A DNA stretch of 64,000 nt from Antedon mediterranea (lineage: Eukaryota; Animalia; Echinodermata): contig NC_092674.1 of the NCBI RefSeq assembly GCF_964355755.1, positions 28,520,001 through 28,584,000 of the forward strand. The letters are read 5' to 3'. A program made the position numbers and the translations under genes. Positions 41,401-53,400 of the stretch are shown piece by piece. The stretch's first letter is position 1, and each line of letters starts with the position of its first letter. Below the pieces are notes generated by a model. It ran no database searches. It worked only from the letters and a program-made list of their open reading frames with translations, and had not been told where the DNA came from.

Positions 41401-44400
41401 TCTATTCATCTTTTAAGGTCATTTAGCGCTGAAATAATTGTGTTCACCTTATAACAAAGTGTACTAAAAGTCACCTTCAGTTTTCTTGAAACATTGTTCA
41501 CAATATAATGACACTGCTGCCCAAAGTCATTTATGATTTACAGTACTAAGGTTTTAATTTTGGCAGGTTTTTTTTTATACTGCTCTGCTCAAAGTCGTTT
41601 ATAATTTTACCATGTTCTTTTTAACCGAAATGATTTGTAAATGTCAACAAACCAGAATCATTTTACCACAATCTTAATAGTGGGGATGGGGGGGGGGGTG
41701 ATGTCGTGTAGGATGGTGAGGGGGAAAGAGGCAAATCCAGGACTTTGAAGTAGGATTGGGAGTTGGGACCAGGTCCTTAAATGGCAAAGCAAACTATTTT
41801 GCATTATAATTTTCAAAATATCCCACCCTTTTGTATCTGCATATGGGGAGGAGGAAGTAAAATGATTTATTATGGGAGAAATTGTGTCTAAATTATGTCT
41901 TCTTGCTTACCAAGTTCGATAAAGCTTAATGACACTAAAAATATATGGTTTCATAACAATTTTGGAATTTCTTTAGATTTAATTATTCAACAAAATTAAG
42001 ATAAGAATGCAATGGGAATAATTGAGTTATTACAAAACAATTGAGTTTATTACAGAACATCTCTGATAGTACTATAATGATTACATGACGATATTATGTA
42101 TACAATATTGCTATACAATTTGCAACAGTCCCTCATTGTAGTTCATACTGTGTTATACTGTAGTATATGAGCCATGATTCACAAAAATTAAATTACCCAT
42201 TAAAACGAGTGTTTTGATTTCTTTATTTACCTGTGATGGAATGGAATAACCTTGACCTATTTTGAAAAGTCACAATAAGATCACATGCTGGTTTACTTTG
42301 AGGAGGTCATAAGAGCCTGAAAATCCTAGGCCTAAACTTAAGCATGGTTTATGCGCAATTCCATGTCATTGTTTAAATCCAAGTTAAGCCCGACCACGAG
42401 GGACGGTAATTCCAAAAACGAGCTGTTTGTGAACAGTGAATTATATACGTCATCAGAGAGGTTTTAATGTAGGCCTATACTGCAGTAAACCATGAGACCC
42501 TCTTAAAATGACAAAACATTTGAGCTCTTTACACCAACCCCTAAAAATAGTAATATCGATACCTACCAATTATACATGGTAGGCTAGTACAAAAATATTT
42601 GTGTTTATTGGTTATCCGCAACGAAGTTGCAGGATAACCTCTTGTGATTGTACGAAATCATCATCATTGGTTATCCGCAACGAAGTTGCAGGATAACCTC
42701 TTGTGATTGTACGAAATCATCATCATCATCATCATCAACTTTTTATTAGTTATCCGCACTATGGCGGATAACTCCTTGTAACTGTCCTGTTTCATCATCT
42801 TTTTTTTTTTCTGTATTATTCTTCTTTCTTTCTGTCATTTTTGTGCAGAGCGTATCTCTAAAACGTGTAAAGTTAACATTTTATAACTTTGTCAACATAT
42901 GGGCAATCACGTGAAGTTGTGCTTTCCTATAATTGAATGACGTCAGAGTTGCGCAACATGACTTACGCGCGTTTTTATGAATTTCGCGTATTTAACATAG
43001 ATCAAAAACCATATAATAATTTAAATTGAAACTTAGCAAAAGTCTAATTTATATCGTGCGCTAACTTTTTGTGCACTAAAAATGGCATGTTTTACACAAA
43101 GTTACGCGCGCACGCGCGTTTAAAATTTTCCAATGCGAAAAATCAATTTCTAATCAACTTTATACGCGTTTCATGTCATTTTGAGCATGTCAAAAATTCC
43201 CACACGTGCGCAAATTTTTACGCGCGTGGTGCACACGTAGCGTTAAAAACGTCATTTTTTCGAGTGATTTATGTTTTTCCAGCCTTTTCTAGTAATTTTA
43301 CCAACTTTTGAATAATTTCGACTTCAAATTACGTCATACGAGCACGTAGAAAATGATAATTTGCGAGCTTTTTTGATGAAAAACTTCAAAAATTCGTCAA
43401 AATTAAGCCTTTTTTTAAACAATCGTAATTTCTAAACTAAACGGTAAAAATTATTTTTATTACATATTCTGGAAGTTGATGAGTTGTAGATATCAGATCA
43501 TGCATTAATATGGCTAACCGGACATTGTGACGTCATCGTATGGCCACGCGAATATGAAATTTAGGATTTTTGTATCTTTTGTCATAACTCCTCACATTTA
43601 ATAGAGGGCATCTCCACTTATCCGTTTTCCATTTTCACCCCGATTTTGATATTGTCTAGGTCAATGAACTATCTTTAGCATGAGTTGAAAATATTTTAAT
43701 TTTTATGACGTCATCATGCCTAAAAATTTAAATTACGTGTGGCATTAATTTCATCTTTACAGTAAATTTCAATCTGTTATAGCTAGTAAGAATAAAATGT
43801 GATAATCACGATTAAAACGTTTTCTTGAAGCTATTGGATTGTAGATACAAAATCATGTGAACATTTTGCCAATCGGATGTGGTGACGTCATCATATGGCC
43901 AGTTAAATAAAAAAAGTCGTATTTTCATCTTTTGCGTCATAGTTCATTACATTTAAAAGAGCGCGCATTAATATTTCACGTATTCAAATTTCTTCTACAC
44001 GTTAATATGTTGTTGCTGAGATAATTTCCTTCCAAAATTGCTACCTTCGCGTTTCATTTTAAAACCATCAACATGTTAAAAATTGCAATAAATAGCGGGT
44101 CCCGTAATTTCCCCTATTCTACACTGTATGTGATATGTATACAGATTACACTGTGTATACTATATATGAATCAAAATAATAGAATTCAGCAGCAATAACA
44201 ACATATCATAGTCTTCAGTTCAGGTCATAATGCCATAATCTTTTTCCGTGTGCAATATTCCAACGTATGGCGTGGACGTGGCGTTTGTCGTGCGGATAAC
44301 TAACTCGTCAAAGTGACGAGTTTCATGTCTAGTTCTTCTTCTTTCTTTCTGTATGATTTTTGTGTAACGCTTTTCTCTAAAACTCGCAAACATAACATTT

Positions 44401-47400
44401 TGTTAACTATGTTAACATTTTGACATTTATGTAACGTCGTCAAGCGAAGCTTTTCATGATGTTTACAATTGCGCAACGTGACGTACGCGCGATTTAACGA
44501 TTTTATCGTATTTAACATATGTCGAAAACCAAATAACATTTTAAAGTGAAACTTTTCAAAAGTTTAATTTATATCATGCGCTAAATTTCTGTTGAAAAAA
44601 AATTGCGTGTTTTACACAAAGTTACGCGCGCACGCACATTTAAAATTTCAAAATGCGCAAAATTAATTTATAATCAACTTTCTACGCGTTTCATGTCGTT
44701 TTAAGCATGTCAAAAATTCCCACGCGTGCGCACATTTCTACGTGTGCGGTGCGCACGTAGCATTGAAAACGTATTTTTTTCGCGTGATTTATGTTTTTCC
44801 AGCCTTTTCTAGTAATTTTACCAAATTTTAAACAATTTCGACTTAAAGATACGTCATACGAGCACGTCGAATTGGACAATTTGCGCGCGTTTTTTATAAA
44901 AAGGTTAAAAAATTCGTTTCAAATATGCCTTTTTTTAAACAGTCGTAATTTCTAAACTAGACGGTCAAATTTTTGTGGATGACATATTCTGGAAGTAGAT
45001 GAGTTGTAGATATCGGATCAAGTATTAATATGGCTAACCGGACATTGTGACGTCATCGTATGGCCACGCGAATATAAAATTTAGTATTTTTATATCTTTC
45101 GTCATAGCTCATCACATTGAATAGAGCGCATCTCCACTTATCCGTTTTCCATTTTCACCCCGATTTTGATATTGTCTAGGTCAATCAACTATCTTTCGCA
45201 TGAGTTAAAAATATTTTAATTTTTTTGACGTCATCATGCCTAAAAATTTAAATCACGTGTGGCATCAATTTCATCTTTACAGTAAATTTTAATCTGTTAT
45301 AGCTCGTAAGAATAAAATGTGATAATCACGATTAAAACTTTTTCTGGAAGCTATTAGATTGTAGATATGAAATTATGTAAAAATGTTGCCAATCGGATGT
45401 TGTGACGTCATCATATGGCCAGTTAAATAAAAAAAGTCGTATTTTCATCTTTTTCGTCATAATTCATTACATTTAAAAGAGCGCGCATCAATATTTAACG
45501 TATTCAAATTTCTTCTACACGCTAATACGTTGTTGCTGAGATAATTTGCTTTCGGAATTGCTAACTTCGCTTTTCATTTTAAAACCATCAACATGTTAAA
45601 AATTGCAATAAATAGTGGGTCCCGTAATTTCACCTATTCTACACTGTATGTGATATGGATACAGATTATACTGTGTATACTATATATGAATTTAAATAAT
45701 AAAATTCAGCAATAACAACAGATCATATTCTTCAGTTCAGGTCATAATGCCAACGTGAACACTTCCTTTTGTCCTCAACCTATCCCCTTAATGTTAATGT
45801 TGCACCACTTGCGCGGCGGATAACCAAACTCGTCAAAGTGACGAGTTACATGTCTAGTCATTGGTTATCCGCAACGAAGTTGCAGGATAACCTCTTGTGA
45901 TTGTACGAAATCATCATCATCTTTTTAGTTATCCGCATTCAGCGGATAACTCCTTGTAACTGTCCTGTTACTTTTTTAGTTATCCGCAATGAGCGGATAA
46001 CTCCTTGTAACTGTCCTGTTACTTTTTAGTTATCCGCTTAGTAGCGGATAACTCCTTGTAACTGTATGAAATCATCTTTTTTTTTTTTTTTTTCTGTATT
46101 ATTCTTTCTTTCTGTCAATTTTGTGTCTCGCGTATCTCAAAAACTTGTAAACAAAACATTTTATAACTTTGTCAACATGTGGGCATCCACGTGAAATTGT
46201 GCACCTCCTATTGTGAATGACGTCAAAATTGCGCAACGTGATTTACGCGCGTTTTAACGAATTTCGCGTATTTAACATAGATCGAAAACCATAGAGCAAT
46301 TTAAATTGAAACTTAACAAAAGTTTAATTTATATCTTGCGCTAACTGACTGTGGAAAAAAAATGGCATGTTTCACACGAAGTTACGCGCGCACGGGCGTT
46401 TAAAATTTCAAAATGCGAAAAATCAATTTCTAATCAACTTTCTACGCGTTTCATGTCATTTTGAGCATGTCAAAAATTCCCACGCGCGCGTATATTTTTG
46501 CTCGCACGGTGCGCACGTAGCGTTGAAAATAAATTTTTTCCTCGTGATTCATGTTTTTCCAGCCTTTTCTAGTAATTTTACCAACTTTTGAACAATTTTG
46601 ACCTAAAATTACGTCATACGGGCACATCCAATTGGATAATTTCCGTGCGTTTTTGATGAAAAAGTTCAAAAATTTGTCAAAATTCGTCAAAATTTTGCCT
46701 TTTTTTAAACATTCATAGATTCTAAACTACGAGGTGAACTTTTTTTAAATTATATATTCTGGAAGTTGATGAGTTGTAGATATGGAATCATGCATTAATA
46801 AAGCTAATCGGACATTATAACGTCATCGTATGGCCACGCGAATATAAAATATAGGATTTTTATATCTTTCGTCATAGCGCATCACATTTAATAGAGCGCA
46901 TCTCCAATTATCTGTTTTCCATTTTTACCCCGATTTTTATATTATCTAGGTCAATCAACTATCTTTCGTATGAGTTAAAAATAATTTAATTTTTATGACG
47001 TCATCATGTCTAAAAATGTAAATAACGTGGGGCACTTATTTTCGTCTTTACAGTAAATTTCAATCTGTTATAGCTCGTCAGAATAAAACGTGATAATCAT
47101 GATTAAAACGTTTTCTGGAAGCTATTGGATTGTAGATACGAATTTATGTAAACATTTTCCCAATCGGATGTTGTGACGTCATCATATGACCAGTTAAATA
47201 AAAAAAGTCGTATTTTCATCTTTTGCGTCATAATTCATCACATTTAAAAGAACGCGCATCAATATTTTACGTATTTAAATTTCTTCTACACATTAATATG
47301 TTGTTGCCGAGATAATTTCCTTCCGAAATTGCTATCTTAGTGTTTCATTTTGATACCGTCGCTATGTTAAAAATTGGAATAAATGGCGGGTCCTGTCATT

Positions 47401-50400
47401 TCACCTATTCTACACTGTATGTAATATGTATACAGATTATATTGTATATATAATATGACACAAAATAACAGAATTCAGCAATAACAACATATCATATTCT
47501 TCAGTTCAGGTCATATTGCCATAATCTTTTTCTGTGTGCAATATTCTAACGTATGACGTCTACGTGGCCTTTGTCGTGCGGATAACTAACTCGTCAAAGT
47601 GACGAGTTACATGTCTAGTTTTTTTTCTTTCCTTCTCCCCCATTTTTGTGTCTCACGTATCTCAAAAACTTGTAAACATAACATGTTATAACTTTGTCAG
47701 CATGAGGGCATTCACGTGAAGTTGTGCACCTCCTATTTTTGAATTATGTCAGAGTTGCGCAACATGACTTACGCACGATTTTATGAATTTCACATATTTA
47801 ACATAGGTCAAAAACCAAATAACATTTTAAATTGAAACTTTGCAAAAGTTTAATTTATATCATGCGCTAACTTTTTGTTGAAAAAAAAATGCGTGTTTTA
47901 CAAAAAGTTACGCGCGTACGCGCATTTAAATTTTCAAAATGCGCAAAATTAATTTCTAATCAACTTTCTACGCGTTTCATGTCATTTTGAGAATGTCAAA
48001 AATTCCCAGGCGCGCGCAAATTTTTACGCGCGTGGAACACACGTACCGTTAAAAACAGATTTTTTCGCGTGATTTATGTTTTTTCAGCCTTTTCTAGTAA
48101 TTTTACCAACTTTTAAACAATTTCGACTTCAAATTACGTCATACGGGCACGTCGAATTGGATAATTTATGTGCGTTTTTGATGAAAAAGTTCAAAAATTT
48201 GTCAAAATTTGTCAAAATTATACATTTTTTTAAACAGTCGTAGTTTCTAAACTAAACGGTAAAAGTTATTTTTATTACGTATTTTGGAAGATGATGAGTT
48301 GGAGATCATGTATCATGCATCAATACGGCTTACCGGACATTGTGACGTCATCGTATGGCCATGCGAATATAAAAAATAGAATTTTTGTATCTTTCATCAT
48401 AGCTCATCACATTTAATAGAGCGCATCTCCAATTATCTGTTTTCCATTTTCACCCCGATTTTTATATTATCTAGGTCAATCAACTATCTTTCGCATGAGT
48501 TAAAATATTTTAATTTTTATGACGTCATCATGTCTAAAAATGAAAATAACGTGGGTCACTTATTTTCATCTTTACAGTAAATTTCAATCTGTTATAGCTC
48601 GTCAGAATAAAACGTGATAATCATGATTAAAACGTTTTCTGGAAGCTATTGGATTGTAGATACGAATTCATGTAAACATTTTGCCAATCGGATGTTGTAA
48701 CGTCATCATATGGCCAGTTGAATAAAAAAAGTCGTATTTTCATATTTTGCGTAATAGTTCATCACATTTAAAAGGGCGCGCATCTATATTTTACGTATTC
48801 AAATTTCTTCCACACGTTAATATGTTGTTGCTGAGATAATTTCCTTCCGAAATTGCTATCTTAGTGTTTCATTTTGATACCAAAGCCGTGTTAAAAATAA
48901 GTATAAACGGGGGGACCCGTAATTTCACCTATTCTACACTGTATGTAACATGTATACAGATTATACCGTTTGCACTGTATATACTATATGACACAAAATT
49001 GACAGAATTCAGCACTAACAGCATATGATATTCTTCAGTTCAGGTCATAATGTCATAATCTTTTTCCGTGTGCAAAATTCCAACGTATGACGTGCGCGTG
49101 GCGTTTGTCGTGCGGATAACTAACTCGTCAAAGTGACGAGTTTCATGTCTAGTTTTTAGTTATCCGCATTGAGCGGATAACTCCTTGTAACCGTCCTGGA
49201 TCATTTTTTTCTTTATATTATTCTTCTTTCTTTCTCCTTCATTTTTGTGTCTCGCGTATCTCAAAAACTTGTAAACGTAATATTTCATAAATTTGTCATC
49301 ATATGGACATTTACGTGAAGTTGTGCACCTCCTATTTTTGAATGACGTCAGAGTTGCGCAACGTGACTTACGCGCGATTTTATAAATTACAATGATTTAT
49401 CATACGATAAAAACTAAAAGTGATTATTAATTGAAACTTGGTGTAAGGTTAATTCTTATCAAGGGTCAACTTTTTGTGTACTAAAAATGGCATGTTTTAC
49501 AAGAAGTTACGCGCGCACGCGCATTTCTCCTCCATATTTGTGTCTCGCGTATCTCAAAAACTTGTAAACAAAACATTTCATAACTTTGGCAACATATGGG
49601 CATTCACGTGAAGTTGTGCACCTCCTATTGTGAATGACGTCAGAAATGCGCAACGTGACTTACGCGCGATTCTATGAATTTCGCGTATTTAACATAGATT
49701 GAAAACCATATAACAATTTAAATTGAAACTTAGCAAAAGTTTAATTTATATCTTGCGCTAACTTTTTGTGCACTAAAAATGACATGTTTTACACGAAGTT
49801 ACGCGCGTTTAAAATTTTGAAATGCGAAAAATCAATTTCTAATCAACTTTGTACGCGTTTCTTGTCATTTTGAGCATATCAAAAATTCCCACGTGCGCGC
49901 AAATTTTTATACGCGCTGTTCGCACGTATCGTTAAAAACATACTTTTTTGCATGATTTATGTTTTTCTAGCCTTTTCTAGTAATTTTTTAAATTTAAAAA
50001 AGTTCAAAAATTCGTCAAAATTATGCCTTTTTTTAAACAGTCGTAGTTTCTGAACTAAACGGTTAAAATTATTTTTTTTACATATTCTGTAAGTAGATAA
50101 GTTGATATTAAGATATTTTAATTAATTTATGTTAATTTCCACTTAATTTGACCTCAAATGACCCCTTCGGAGGGTCATTTTTTCTGTGACTAATGACATA
50201 GAGTAGAATCCAAAAACGTTGAAAAACCTTTTTACGCAATTATTTCTAGGTTAAACGTTATTTTCCATCCACTAATTTTACATTTTCAAATTTCTTCTAC
50301 ACGCTAATATGTTCTTGCTGATATCATTTCATTCCGAATTTGCTATCTTAGTGTTTCATTTTGAAACCGTCGCCATGTTAAAAATTGGAATAAATAGCGG

Positions 50401-53400
50401 GTCCCGTAATTTAACCTATTCTACACTGTATGTGATATGTATACAGATTATACTGTGTATACTATATGACACAAAATAACAGAATTCAGCAATAAAAACA
50501 TATCATATTCTTCAGTTCAGGTCATAACGCCATAATCTTTTTTCTGTGTGCGTGCACGTGGCGTTTGTCGTGCGGATAACTAACTCGTCAAAGTGACGAG
50601 TTTCATGTCTAGTTTTCTTCTTTCTTTCTCCTCTATTTTTGTGTCTCGCGTATCTCAAAAACGTGTAAACATAACATGTTATAACTTTGTCAGCATGAGG
50701 GCATTCAGGTGAAGTTGTGCACCTCCTATTTTTGAATAACGTCAGAGTTGCGCAACATGACTTACGCGCGTTTTTACGAATTTCGCATTTTTAACATAGA
50801 TTGAAAACCATATAGCAATTTAAATTGAAACTTAACGAAAGTTTAATTGATATCTTGCGCTAACAGAATGTGAAAAAAAAATGGCATGTTTCACAGGAAG
50901 TTACGCGCGCACGCGCGTTTAAAATTTCAAAATGCGAAAAATCAATTTCTAATCAACTTTCTACGCGTTTCATGTCATTTTGAGCATGTAAAAAATTCCC
51001 ACGTACGCGCATTTTTTTACGCGTGCGGTGCGCACGTAGCGTAGAAAACCATTTTTTTCGCGTGATTTATGTTCTTCCAGCCTTTTCTAGTAATTTTACC
51101 AACTTTTGAACAATTTAGACTTAAAATTACGTCATACGGGCACGTCGAATTGGATAATTTACGTGCATTTTTGATGAAAAAGTTCAAAAAGTCGTCAAAA
51201 TTTGTCAAAATTATGCCCTTTTTTAAACAGTTATAGTTCCTAAACTAAACGGTGAAAGTTATTTTTATTGCATATTCTGAAAGGTGATGAGTTGTAGATT
51301 TTGAATCATGCATTAATATGGCTAACCGGACATTGTGACGTCACCGTATGCCCACGCGAATATAAAATATAGGATTTTTGTATCTTTCATCATAGCGCAT
51401 GACATTTAATAGAGCGCATCTCCAATTATCTGTTTTCCATTTTTACCCCGATTTTTATATTATCTAGGTCAATCAACTATCTTTCGTATGAGTTAAAAAT
51501 ATTTTAATATTTATGACGTCATCATGTCTAAAAATGTAAATAACGTGGGTCACTTATTTTCGTCCTTACAGTAAATTTCAATCTGTTATAGCTCGTCAGA
51601 ATAAAACGTGATAATCATGATTAAAACGTTTTCTGGAAGCTATTGGATTGTAGATACGAATTTATGTAAACATTTTCCCAATCGGATCTTGTGACGTCAT
51701 CATATGGCCAGTTGAATAAAAAAAGTCGTATTTTCATATTTTGCGTAATAGTTCATTATATTTAAAAGGGTGCGCATCTATATTTTACGTATTCAAATTT
51801 CTTCTACACGTTAATATGTTGTTCCTGAGATAATTTCCTTCTGAAATTGCTATCCAAGTGTTTCATTTTGATACCGTCGCCATGTTAAAAATTGGAATAA
51901 ATGGCGGGTCCCGTAATTTCACCTATTCTACACTGTATGTAATATGTATACAGATTATACTGTTTGCATGTACATACTATATGACACAAAATTGACAGAA
52001 TTCAGCACTAACAGCATATCATATTCTTCAGTTCTTGTCATAATGCCATAATCTTTATCTGTGTGCAATATTCCAACGTATGACGTGCACGTGGCGTTTG
52101 TCGTGGTGCGGATAACTAACTCGTCAATGTGACGAGTTTCATGTCTAGTTTGTCATCTTCTTTCTTTCTGTATGATTTTTGTGTAACGCTTTTCTCTAAA
52201 ACTTGCAAACATAACATTTTGTTAACTATGTTAACATTTTGACATTCACGTAACGTCGTCAAGCGAAGCTTTTCATGATGTTTACAATTGCGCAACGCGA
52301 CGTACGCGCGATTTAACGATTTTCTCGTATTTAACATATGTCGAAAACCAAATAATATTTTAAAGTGAAACTTTGCAAAAGTTTAATTTATATCATGCGC
52401 TAACTGTCTGTTGAAAAAAAATTGCGTGTTTTACACAAAGTTACGCGCGCACGCGCATTTAAAATTTCAAAATGCGCAAAATTAATTTCTAATCAACTTT
52501 CTACGCGTTTCATGTCGTTTTAAGCATGTAAAAAATTCCCACGCGTGCGCACATTTTTACGTGTGCGGTGCGCACGTAGCATTGAAAACGTATTTTTTCG
52601 CGTGATTTATGTTTTTCCAGCTTTTTCTAGTAATTTTACCAAATTTTAAACAATTTCGACCTAAAGATACGTCATACGAGCACGTCCAATTGGACAATTT
52701 GCGCGCGTTTTTTATGAAAAGGTTAAAAAATTCGTTTAAAATATGCCTTTTTTTAAACAGTCGTAATTTCTAAACTAGACGGTCAAATTTTTGTGGATGA
52801 CATATTCTGAAAGTAGATGAGTTTTAGATATCGGATCAGGTATTAATATGGCTAACCGGACATTGTGACGTCATCGTATGGCCACGCGAACATAAAATTT
52901 AGGATTTTTGTATCTTTCGTCATAGCTCATCACATTGAATAGAGCGCATCTCCACTTATCCGTTTTCCATTTTAACCCCGATTTTGATATTGTCTAGGTC
53001 AATCAAGTGTCTTTCGCATGAGTTAAAAATATTTTAATTTTTTTAACGTCATCATGCCTAAAAATTTAAATGACGTGTGGCATTAATTTCATCTTTACAG
53101 TAAATTTTAATCTGTTATAGCTCGTAAGAAAAAAATGTGATAATCACGATTAAAACTTTTTCTGGAAGCTATTGGATTGTAGATACGAAATTATGTAAAA
53201 ATGTTGCCAATCGGATGTTGTGACGTCATCATATGGCCAGTTAAATGAAAAAGATCGTATTTTCATCTTTTGCGTCATAATTCATTACATTTAAAAGAGC
53301 GCGCATCAATATTTCACGTATACAAATTTCTTCTACACGTTAATACGTTGTTGCTGAGATAATTTCCTTTCGGAATTGCTACCTTCGCGTTTCATTTTAA

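Larger units (their letters stand above)
45925..52148 (+). mobile_element. nested HINE, subfamily B (hosts the copies at 45976 and 49156)
   Basis: B left end (loop ATTCA); body resumes at 50613; B right end at 52148. Confidence 0.8.

Noticed and set aside
45990-46001. TGAGCGGATAAC matches part of the lac operator (also near 49170)
   Set aside because: A coincidental 12-bp match formed by the hairpin loop and stem; there is no flanking vector sequence.
45925-46075. CRISPR-like look: palindromic repeats at ~50-bp spacing
   Set aside because: The intervening sequences are not unique spacers, there are no cas genes and the context is a eukaryotic intron. These are stacked transposon 5' ends, each with a matching 3' end downstream.
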